A stretch of 25,537 nt of DNA, taken from positions 1-25,537 of IMG/VR virus record IMGVR_UViG_3300020247_000012. One strand, written 5' to 3'. This DNA is from a virus (Duplodnaviria > Caudoviricetes). The notes under the pieces are model-generated. The model was not told where the DNA came from and ran no database searches. It was given only the letters and a program-made list of their open reading frames with translations. A program made the translations under genes and the position numbers. Below, one piece after another: positions 1 through 9,700 of this stretch; position 1 is the first letter of the stretch, and each line of letters starts with the position of its first letter.

Positions 1-2
1 GT

Positions 3-395
3 CTTTTGGCGGATCCAAGAGAAATTTCCACAAAAGATCTCGTCAATACGATCAAGCAAAGGCAGAAGTTCAGACCATTTGCTCCAGCTATTCTGGAAGA
101 GCATTGTCACGAGTATTTTGATATGCCTGACTGTAGTCGCTACATGTCTTATACTTATCAATGTAACCTTCCAGACGCTATACCTGCCTGTCTACACGTT
201 GATAACTCAGCTAGAGTACAAACAGTCCCCGAAACCTCTGAGAGCATCCTGAGACCGATTCTAGAGTGCTGGTACGAACGTACTGGTTGTCCTGTACTAT
301 TGAATACTTCTTTGAATATTCGTGGAATGCCTATGGTCAATGACTGGGATGATGCAGAATTGTTTGCCGAAAAGTACTCCGTAGACGTATTCTAA
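3..395 (+). CDS. Carbamoyltransferase (NodU/CmcH/TobZ family), C-terminal domain; 5'-truncated by the window edge
   Basis: The frame is open from the window start (LLADPR...). It carries the family motifs KxRQxFRPFAPAIL, HVDNSARVQTV and TGCPVLLNTSLNIRGxP. Carbamoyltransferases are known accessory genes of T4-like cyanophages. The TTG start at 6 in the ORF track is an edge artefact. Confidence 0.92.
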   Translation, partial: LLADPREISTKDLVNTIKQRQKFRPFAPAILEEHCHEYFDMPDCSRYMSYTYQCNLPDAIPACLHVDNSARVQTVPETSESILRPILECWYERTGCPVLLNTSLNIRGMPMVNDWDDAELFAEKYSVDVF

Positions 396-410
396 ATAAG
401 GTGGTATAAT
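382..410 (+). promoter_or_regulatory. Sigma70-like (early/host-type) promoter for the glycosyltransferase-like gene
   Basis: TAGACG (382-387, 4/6 match to TTGACA), a 17-bp spacer, then a perfect TATAAT (405-410) preceded by the extended -10 TG at 402-403. It lies 23 nt upstream of ATG 434. Confidence 0.6.
392..398 (+). promoter_or_regulatory. T4-like late promoter motif (CTAAATA)
   Basis: TAAATA core overlapping the carbamoyltransferase stop codon. It resembles the T4 gp55 late consensus TATAAATA. Confidence 0.5.
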
Positions 411-433
411 TGATTTGCTAAGTCTTTCGTTTT

Positions 434-1195
434 ATGGCTAAAGGATTTAAGGTGGTTACGACTCCACCTGATGAAGAAACAAAAAAGTCAAATGATTTTG
501 ATATTGAAAAGGCAAAAGAACTCATAAAGGGTAAGACTTTTGTATTCTGCCTACCTGGTAGAAATGTTTCATATATCTTCCTAAAGAACTTTGTTCAACT
601 CTGTTTTGAGATTGTTCAGCGTGGTGGGGCAATACAAATCTCACAAGACTATTCATCGATGGTCAACTTTGCACGTTGTAAGTGTTTAGGTGCTAATGTT
701 CTTCGTGGACCTGATCAATTACCTTGGGATGGTAAACTAAAGTATGATTATCAACTTTGGATTGATTCAGATATAGTATTTGGATTAGAGCAATTTTATC
801 GTCTAATTTGGATGGATAAGGATCTTGCTGGTGGTTGGTATGTTACTGAAGATGGACAGACTACATCTGTTGCTCATTGGTTAGAAGAAGATGACTTCAA
901 AGAGAATGGTGGAGTCATGAACCATGAAATGTTAGATGGTATTCAAAAACGTCGTAAACCTTTCCAAGTTGATTATGCTGGATTTGGTTGGTTGCTAATC
1001 AAGCATGGTGTCTTTGAAAATGAGAAAATGAAGTATCCTTGGTTTGCACCTCAAATGCAGGTGTTTGAATCTGGTGAAGTTCAGGATATGTGCGGTGAAG
1101 ATGTGTCTTTCTGCTTAGATGCTGAAAAGGCAGGTTTTGAAATTTGGATAGATCCTAAGTGTCGTGTAGGACATGAGAAAACTAGAATCTTATAG
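434..1195 (+). CDS. Glycosyltransferase-like protein, GT-A fold (GT2-like), 253 aa
   Basis: DxD motif in QLWIDSDIVF (nt 758-772), VNFARxxxL helix, GFGWLLIKHGVFE, GEDVSFC and a C-terminal IWIDPKCRVGHEK, all typical of GT-A enzymes. Donor and acceptor are unknown. Confidence 0.75.
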   Translation: MAKGFKVVTTPPDEETKKSNDFDIEKAKELIKGKTFVFCLPGRNVSYIFLKNFVQLCFEIVQRGGAIQISQDYSSMVNFARCKCLGANVLRGPDQLPWDGKLKYDYQLWIDSDIVFGLEQFYRLIWMDKDLAGGWYVTEDGQTTSVAHWLEEDDFKENGGVMNHEMLDGIQKRRKPFQVDYAGFGWLLIKHGVFENEKMKYPWFAPQMQVFESGEVQDMCGEDVSFCLDAEKAGFEIWIDPKCRVGHEKTRIL

Positions 1196-1232
1196 ATAAG
1201 TTCATACTGGACATATCTACAGGATTTTGTAA

Positions 1233-1391
1233 ATGGATCGCTACGACATAATAATTAATGGTGAGAAAGTGCATGAAGCGGTCTCAGAAGAAGAAATGGA
1301 AGAAATCACGTTTGATTTAGCAGACGAATTCTACCAAGTTGGCTTCCCACATCCAGACGACGTAGAGGTCGTTTATATCGGTACAGAGTAA
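1233..1391 (+). CDS. Small acidic hypothetical protein, 52 aa (not in the ORF track)
   Basis: Translated by hand: MDRYDIIINGEKVHEAVSEEEMEEITFDLADEFYQVGFPHPDDVEVVYIGTE*. An AGGA Shine-Dalgarno lies at 1221-1224. The ORF fills the gap exactly and ends at the terminator. Confidence 0.8.
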   Translation: MDRYDIIINGEKVHEAVSEEEMEEITFDLADEFYQVGFPHPDDVEVVYIGTE

Positions 1392-1414
1392 AGGGTTCGC
1401 AAGAACCCTTTTTT
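1391..1414 (+). terminator. Rho-independent terminator
   Basis: Perfect 8-bp stem AAGGGTTC-GCAA-GAACCCTT with a GNRA tetraloop, running into a T-tract, directly after the stop of the small ORF. Confidence 0.92.
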
Positions 1415-1421
1415 ATTGCCT

Positions 1422-1436
1422 CTAAATAGATAAATA
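1422..1436 (+). promoter_or_regulatory. Tandem T4-like late promoter motifs for the baseplate operon
   Basis: CTAAATA (1422-1428) and ATAAATA (1430-1436), just downstream of the terminator and about 20 nt upstream of the gp25 start. Confidence 0.75.
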
Positions 1437-1456
1437 CACAAGATTATAGGTCACAA

Positions 1457-1861
1457 GTGCCTCTTCAGAGAACGTCGCAAGGATTTAAGGATATTTCCTT
1501 ATCCATGATGCGTCATCCAGTCACAAATGATATATTAGCTCTGAAGAATGAGGATGCAATAAAGCGTTCTGTACAAAATTTAGTTCGTACCAGATTAGGT
1601 GAAGTTTTCTTCAATAATACTTTAGGAACTAGAATTACAGGAGCATTATTTGAACTTGCTAATACTGATTTTATTGATCCTATAAAGACAGAAATAGAGA
1701 CTGTCCTTGATAACTATGAACCAAGAGTAAGTCTTACTGATACAGAGGTCAATGCTTTTCCTGATGATAATTCTTTGGAAATTACCATTCGGTACGATAT
1801 TATTGGAATAAGTGCACCGTCCCAATCGATAAACTTCGTTTTAGAACCGACTAGACTATAA
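1457..1861 (+). CDS. gp25: Baseplate wedge subunit gp25 (GPW/gp25 family), 134 aa
   Basis: FKDISLS..HPVTNDI, NEDAIKRSVQNLVRT..GEVFF...G, LFE and NYEPRV motifs. GTG start, immediately upstream of gp6. Confidence 0.93.
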   Translation: MPLQRTSQGFKDISLSMMRHPVTNDILALKNEDAIKRSVQNLVRTRLGEVFFNNTLGTRITGALFELANTDFIDPIKTEIETVLDNYEPRVSLTDTEVNAFPDDNSLEITIRYDIIGISAPSQSINFVLEPTRL

Positions 1862-3765
1862 TGGCACTAACCCAGTTTACAAACTTAAATTTTGAGGATA
1901 TAAAAACCTCAATAAAAGACTATTTGAAAGAGAATTCAGAATTCACTGATATGGATTTTGAAGGGTCTAACCTTTCAATGTTGATCAATATATTAGCATA
2001 TAATTCATATAGTACAGCATATAATACAAATATGGCAGTGAACGAGACGTTCATTGATTCTGCCACACTAAGAGAAAATGTAGTATCATTAGCAAGAAAT
2101 ATTGGTTATGTACCACGTTCTAGACGTGCTGCAAGAGCAACGTGTGACATACTCATAACAGGAATAACTACTACAGCAACACAAGCAGTAATTCAACCTG
2201 GTGTGGTTGCTAATGGTAATATTTCCAACGTAAACTATATTTTCTCTCTACCAGAGGCAACTACTATACTTGCTGACAATGGACAAGCAAATGGAAATAT
2301 TGAGGTTTTTCAAGGTCAATATTTGACTGCTGATTGGGTTGTAAACGATTCTCTACCAAATCAACGTTATGTACTTCCTAATAATGGAATTGATACTTCT
2401 ACGATCACTGTAAAGATAAGAAATAGTGTATCTGATAATACTTCTACTGAATATACTTTAGTTGACAATATTGTTGGAATCACTTCACTTTCTAACATAT
2501 ATTTGATTCAAGAAACAACTGATGAGAAATATGAGTTATTATTTGGTGATGGAGTTTTTGGTAAGAAGTTAGAATCAGGTAATGTCATTAGTGCAAGTTA
2601 TATCAAGACTGAGGGTAAGGAAGGAAATGGGGTTGCTGCTTTCAATTTTGTAGGTAGTATAAACAATGAAGATGGTGCTCAAGAAGATAATTTCGATGTT
2701 GATCTAATTCCACATGAATCTTCAGGAAATGGAGATGAAATAGAGTCAGTAACGTCAGTAAAATATTATGCACCTCGGTTATATGCTTCTCAACATAGAG
2801 CAGTAACTGCGAATGACTATGAAGCAATCTTACCGAGTATATACCCTAATATTGAATCTGTAAGTGCATATGGTGGAGAAGATCTTACTCCTCCTCAGTT
2901 TGGTAGGGTATTCATAGCAGCTAAACCTAAGAATGGTTCATTCTTATCTGAGTTGACTAAGAAGGAACTTCTAAACTCACTCAAAAACTATACTATTGCT
3001 GGAATTGTTCCATCATTCATTGACCTCAAGTTCTTATATGTTGAGGTTGATAGTTACGTTTACTATAATGCCAACTTTGTTGGTGATTTAGAGAATTTGA
3101 AGACTCTAGTGATGAGTTCACTAACCACTTATGCAAGTGGCACAGAGCTCAATAAATTTGGTGGTAGATTCAAGTATAGTAAGGTATTATCTACTATTGA
3201 TGGAGTAGATACTGCTATTACATCAAATATAACTCTTGTGAAAATGAGAAGGAATTTGATTGCTAAAATTGATCAGTATGCACAATATGAACTTTGTTAT
3301 CTAAATCAGTTCTACAATCCAAATAGTCAGTATAACGTTCGTTCTACTGGATTTAATGTAGCAAGTGTTGTTGGAACCTGCTATTTGAGTGATAGTAAGG
3401 TTACTGAGACTACTGGTACATTGTTCCTCTTCCAGATACTAGAAGATGGTACAGTCAAGATTATATCAAATACCTTAGGTAAAATAGATTATGTTAAAGG
3501 CGAATTGATCCTTGATACGATCAATATCACTGGTACACTTCTTCCTGATAATGTTATTGAAGTTGAGGCAATTCCTCAATCTAATGACGTTCTTGCAAAA
3601 AATGAATTATATCTTCAGTTTTCTGTAGATAAAAGTGATTTCTATATGAGAGAAGATTCAATATCCACTGGTGCAAATACTTCTGGATCTAGATTCAATC
3701 CACAGTCTAGTTACTTCTCAGATTCTAAGGTTCGTGGTGCCATTATAACTAGCACTGGAGAATAA
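1861..3765 (+). CDS. gp6: Baseplate wedge subunit gp6, 634 aa
   Basis: N-terminal LNFEDIK..IKDYL...FTDMDFEGSNLS, ETFIDSATLRENVVSLARNIGYVP, LLFGDGVFG, QHRAVTANDY and GKIDYVKG motifs. Size and synteny match T4 gp6. Confidence 0.95.
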   Translation: MALTQFTNLNFEDIKTSIKDYLKENSEFTDMDFEGSNLSMLINILAYNSYSTAYNTNMAVNETFIDSATLRENVVSLARNIGYVPRSRRAARATCDILITGITTTATQAVIQPGVVANGNISNVNYIFSLPEATTILADNGQANGNIEVFQGQYLTADWVVNDSLPNQRYVLPNNGIDTSTITVKIRNSVSDNTSTEYTLVDNIVGITSLSNIYLIQETTDEKYELLFGDGVFGKKLESGNVISASYIKTEGKEGNGVAAFNFVGSINNEDGAQEDNFDVDLIPHESSGNGDEIESVTSVKYYAPRLYASQHRAVTANDYEAILPSIYPNIESVSAYGGEDLTPPQFGRVFIAAKPKNGSFLSELTKKELLNSLKNYTIAGIVPSFIDLKFLYVEVDSYVYYNANFVGDLENLKTLVMSSLTTYASGTELNKFGGRFKYSKVLSTIDGVDTAITSNITLVKMRRNLIAKIDQYAQYELCYLNQFYNPNSQYNVRSTGFNVASVVGTCYLSDSKVTETTGTLFLFQILEDGTVKIISNTLGKIDYVKGELILDTINITGTLLPDNVIEVEAIPQSNDVLAKNELYLQFSVDKSDFYMREDSISTGANTSGSRFNPQSSYFSDSKVRGAIITSTGE

Positions 3766-3771
3766 GAAAGG

Positions 3772-6700
3772 ATGATCAGTACTTCGATCACGAGAGTAAA
3801 GATAAATGAAGTTGTTGAGAGTCAGGTACCACAGGCCATTGACTCGGACAATCCTCTTTTTGGTGAATTCCTAAAGACATATTATCATTCACAGGAGTTT
3901 CAAGGTGGACCTGCTGATATTGCTGAAAACCTTGTTGAATACAAAGGTCTTGACTTTCTAAACAATGAAAATCTTATAGGGTTTACATCAGTCTCTTCAT
4001 ATATTAATGGTAGCTCTAAAACGATATATGTTGACTCAACAAAAGGTTGGCCAGAGCAATGGGGTCTACTTAAGATCAATGGTGAGATAATAACTTATAC
4101 TGGTATTGGTACTACTTCATTTACTGGGTGTAGTCGTGGTTTTTCAGGGATTGAAAATAATAAAAAGACAAATCAACCAGAGTTTCTTACATTCACTAAG
4201 TCTGGTATTGGTACTCATGCACAAGGAACTAGAGTACATAACCTTAGTAATGTCTTCCTCCAAACATTCTTACAGAAATTAAAGAAGCAAGTATTACCAG
4301 GTTTTTCTGAAAGAAAACTCAATAATAATATAGATCAATCGAATTTTATTCGTCAGGCAAAAGATTTCTATCGTACAAAGGGATCTGAGGAAGGATTTAA
4401 GATATTATTTGGTGCATTATATAATAAACCAGTTGAAATGATTCAACCAGCGAAGTATATGATTCGCCCTTCAGATGCTGGATATATCACTAACGATATA
4501 TTGATTGCAAAGCATGTTAAAGGTAATCCACTTAATATTGCTGGTCAATCATTATTTCAAGGTAATGCCAGTGGTTCAGTCTATGGTATTGAATCAAGTC
4601 ACGTTGGTATGTCTACGTACTATAATATTTCAATATCTGAGGGTACTATTCTTGGATTGTTCAAAGAGAAGAATAAAACTTTCGTAACAAAGAGTGCTCC
4701 TGTAAACTCAACTGTACTTAATGTTGACTCTACTGTTGGATTTACTACTTCTGGAACATTCAAAGTTGATGATGTTGATATAAATTATACTGGAAAAAAT
4801 TATACTCAGTTTACTGGTCTTACTATTGGTCAATTAGTTGGTACTGGTGCTACTTGTTCTCAGGGCACTAACGCATATGCATATGAAGATGGTGATGAAC
4901 AAAAAAGAGTAGAATTAGAAATTACTAATCTAATCAATAAAGTTGACATAAATGCGTCTAGTCAGCAATCTGGAAGTGATATTAATCTAAAGTCTCTAGG
5001 AAAGGAGCAAGATACTCTAAGATTTACTAGCTGGATATACAATACTGCATCTAATTACAATATTCTAAACTTTTCTCAATTATCACCAACTAACTGGAGA
5101 CTGAACTTAGATACAGAGCACTCTTTCCATAGTAATGATGAATTGGGTATTATTGATATTGATAATAACGTTATCAATGCAACTATCGCCAATATTCTAT
5201 CAGATACGGATATTGAAGTAACTTGTAGTGTACTTGATCCAACTAAAAGGTATTTTATTAGAAGAAGTTTATTATTGAAGAATAATGCGACTGCTGATGT
5301 GCAGAATACCTACTCTGATGGTCAGGGTAATGTATTTGTTGCGTCAAATTCTCTACCTCATTGGACTATTAACCCACAAAAGCGGATTAAGTCATTTGCT
5401 ACTGCAGCAGGTAATACGGCAAATCCGACATGGATTCCTATTGTAGACCATAATTTATTCGATGGTGATTTACTTACTTACAATGTAGAGACTGGTGTCA
5501 AACTTATTAATCTAACAGATGAAGAATCGTATTATGTCAAGAGGATCGATCAAAATAATATTGCTCTTGCTTATACCCCTGAAAATATTCGTTCTGGTGA
5601 GTTTATTAACGCATTCACAGTCAGTGATGTCCATCCTGGAACACATACACTAACTCCATCTATATTTTACAATAGTGATTTGGGAGCACAGAGGTTACTT
5701 CGTAAGTTCCCTACACCTGTTGATGGTGACAGTTTCACTGAAACAGTTCAGGGTGGAGTAGGTTTATTTGTCAATGGTGTTGAATGTTATTCATATAAAG
5801 CAACTGATAGTATATACTTCGGTCCATTAGACAGTATTGAAATCCTCAATTCAGGTAAGGATTATGATGTTATTAATCCACCTCGTATTGCTGTTTATCA
5901 GGATGGACATACTGGAGTGGGTGCATCTGCCATAGCACAGATGAAAGGCACCTTACAGGAGATCCTAGTGGACACTGATGGGGTAGATTACCTAGAACCA
6001 CCAAATGTTGCTATGGTTGGTGGTAATAATGTTGGTTCTATTGTAAAAGCAAAGATAAAAAGATTATCAGAAACGAGGGAGTTTGATGCGACAACTGCTG
6101 GTACTGTAGTCAATACAAAGACTGATAGATTTGTATTTTCAGAACCTCATCATTTCATAGATGGTGAAGAGTTGATTTATACCACAAATGGTACTACTCC
6201 TATTGGTATTGGTACTACTCCAGGTACTCTAATTGATGGTGCACCATATTACGTGGTCAAATTGAATGACCATGAAATGCATATATCAGAATCGCAAAGT
6301 AAGGCACTTGCGGGAATTGGTACGCTTCCTATATCGCAAAATGGTGGTGGAATGCACCAATTTAGAACAGCTAGGAGAAGAAGTAAGGTTGATAAAGTAT
6401 TGGTAGAAGATCCTGGTGTTTTCTATAATCGTGAAGTTGTAACTATAGATGGTGTTAATACATATACTGATTCTATTGTTATAAAAGATCACCATTTCAG
6501 ATCTGGTGAGGTCATGAAATATTCATCCTCAATTGGTGCTATTGGTGGATTGAGTAATGGTGCTGAATATTATTGTATAAGGATAGATGATGATACATTC
6601 CGTCTTTCTAATTCTAGTAAGTTAGATACTCATATCAATTTTACATCAGTAGGTACTGGTGTACATACTTTCCAAGATCCTCCTATTGTTGTAGAAATAA

Positions 6701-9700
6701 CTGGTCGTCAAGGTGTTAGTACATACAATGCTACTGCGACACCAATTATAAGAGGTGAAGTAATTGCTGCTCATGTAAGTAATAAGGGTAATGAGTTTGG
6801 TTCTACTGTTATAAACGATAACTTTAAACCTGAAATCAATACGGTAACTGGTAGTAAAGCGTTCTTACAACCATTTATTATCAATGGTAGAGTAGATCAA
6901 GTTATCGTAAAGTCTGGTGGAGAGAACTGGTTTAGTACACCAGAGATTACAATTCTTGGTGATGGCGTGGGTGCTACCGCTAAAGCAATAATTGATTCGG
7001 GTAGAATAACTAAAATTATAATGATTGAGAAAGGAGGTGGGTATACTCAAGCAGCAACTACTGCAAGTGCTAGGAGTCCTGGTATAGATGCACTATATTC
7101 TGCGAATATTAGGAAATGGACGATTAATCAGGTTGATAGATATGCGAAATTCTTAGGTGTGGATGTTGATGATGGGTATCTTGAAGTTTCAAAAGATACT
7201 ACTAAAGGAAATCCATATGCTAATTACTATGTTCCAAGGGAACTTCAAACATTCCTTGGGGATGATGGGGTAAAACATTCACCCATTGTAGGTTGGGCAT
7301 ACGATGGTAATCCCATATATGGTCCTTCTGCGTTCAAGAAGACTGATGGTAGTGGTGGAGTAGATTATATAAAACCAAGTTATGTTAAGGTTGCTGGTCA
7401 AAGAGTAGATGGTCCTAACATTAGTGATTTCCCTATTGGGTTCTTCTGCGAGGATTATAGTTATCAGGCAGGTTATGGAGATTTAGATCAACATAATGGT
7501 AGATTCAGCGTTACTCCAGAATTTCCAAATGGAGTATATGCGTACTATACTACTCTAAACCCTGCTGTTGTATCTGCTGCTGGTAACCCATTCCAAGGTT
7601 TTAGAGAACCATTATTCCCTTATATTATAGGTGAAACTTATAAGTCAGTTCCAGAACCGCTAAATCTTGACTTTGAATTTGATCAAAGAATAGATCCTTT
7701 GGATTATGATCTAGTCAGAAATACAACACCATATAATATCAATAAGTATGAATTTATCTCTAGGGGTACTAAATCAGTATCAACACAAGCACGTATTCTA
7801 TATGCAAGTGCTGGATCAGTAGAAGAGCTTGAAATTCTTGATAATGGTAGAGAATATAAAGTTGGTGATAATGTAGTATTTGATAATACAGATACTGATG
7901 GTTATGGTGCTATAGGACGTGTTCGTAAGATTTTTGGACCACAACTTAGCTCAATTGGTGTAACTGTATATGAATTACCAAATGCCACATTCCAATACAA
8001 GGGAGGTGAAGTTCTTGGTATTTCAACTGTTCCTCATACTCTAGTTACTGGTGATGTAGTAGAAATTAGTAATATTCAGAATGAAGATTATAAGATGATT
8101 GAAGGTAAGCATAAAGTAACAAGAGTAAACCCTGCTAAGGCTGGAATTGTTACTGCAATGCAAGCGGTAAGTGGATCTGTGGGTCTTACCACTACTATCC
8201 AATTAGAAGATGATGTAAACACATTCAAGATAGGAGATATCTTGAGAATTGATCACGAGGAGATGGAAGTATATGATATTAGTACAAAATATTCAACTGT
8301 TAGTCTAATTCGTGCAAGAAATGGTACTGTTGGTGCAGCACACACTCAACCAAATGTACTTTCAAGACTACAAAAGGAGTTTACTTTTGAACTTGTTGAT
8401 GAAGTACCAAATACTGACGAAGATGTTTCAAGATACTTTGGTAAAGATGTAGTTGGTGCTGGTATATCGTTTGGTACAGGAATTGGTCATACTATAACAA
8501 CTGCTGAGTATGGATCAAGAAAGATTCCATCCAGAACTATCTTTATAAAGGATCATCCATTTATTAATGGAGAAAAACTATATTATAGTTCAGGTGCTCA
8601 AGGTATAGGTGTAAGTATGAAGTACCAACCAACTGGGGTTGGAACTGCATCTGGTTGGATTGCAGACTTACCACCTGAAGTATATGCTTCAGTTATTGAT
8701 AGAAACTTAGTTGGTATTATAACTCAACTAGCAGATGCAACTGATCCTTCTAAGAGAGTAATGTTCCATGATCAACAGAATGTTGGTATGGGTAATACTC
8801 ATTCACTTACTACTAATAGAGTTGGAGTTTGTACTGGTGATCTTATAAGATATGAAGTTACTGCTACTACTCTTGGGACACATACTTTAGAACCACTTGA
8901 TACAGTTGAAATGTCAGTTGTATCTACAGGTACAAGTTCTCTTGCTATGACATATGATGCAGGTAATCGTTTTGTTAGTATTGGGTCTTCTATCAACCCT
9001 GTAGTCAATGTTATTGAAGGTGATACTTTAGAATTTGATGTTTCAGATCCTTCTCTCGAAAATACTAAATTACAATTCTTCCTTGACCACAAATTCCAAA
9101 AATCATTTGTTGGATCTGGTGTATCACGTCCAGAAGTCATCTATACTAATTCTGCTGGACAGATTGATTCTAAGGTATCTGTAAGATTTACTCCTCAAGT
9201 ACCACAAGTTTTATACTATAAAGTCAATTCTGAATTACCTACAAAAGTTGTTGAAGTAGATACTGATATTGATCAATACAATAAAATTATTGTTAATAAC
9301 AGCATCTTTACAGGAAAAGCTACAATTAGTTCTGTAACTAGCAATACTTTCAAATATAATATCTTCCAAAATACAGAAAAGGTTGGTTATACAACTGCTG
9401 TTGCTGACCTCAGTTACTTATTGGTAACAGGTAATGAAGGTGGTCCTATAGGACAAATTGATTTAATTTCTGGCGGATTGAGTTATAAAGATATACCTCA
9501 AGTTACTATTGCCTCAACTACTGGTTCTTCAGCACTATTGAAAGCAAAAGGATCCTCTATTGGTGTATTAGATAATGTTGGATTGATTGATATTGGATAT
9601 GATTATCCAACAGATAGGACATTACGTCCAGAAGCATCAGTACCACAAGTTGTATTCTTGAAGGATAATTTCTCTGTTAGTAACGTAGCAATTACTTCAA

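Noticed and set aside
1191-1198. TATAGATA resembling a late promoter upstream of the small acidic ORF
   Set aside because: It mismatches the TAAATA core, and the ORF is explained by co-transcription with the glycosyltransferase.
4505-4687. 60-aa + strand ORF in an alternative frame inside gp7
   Set aside because: TTG start, no clear SD and no protein-like features. An ORF of this length arises by chance.
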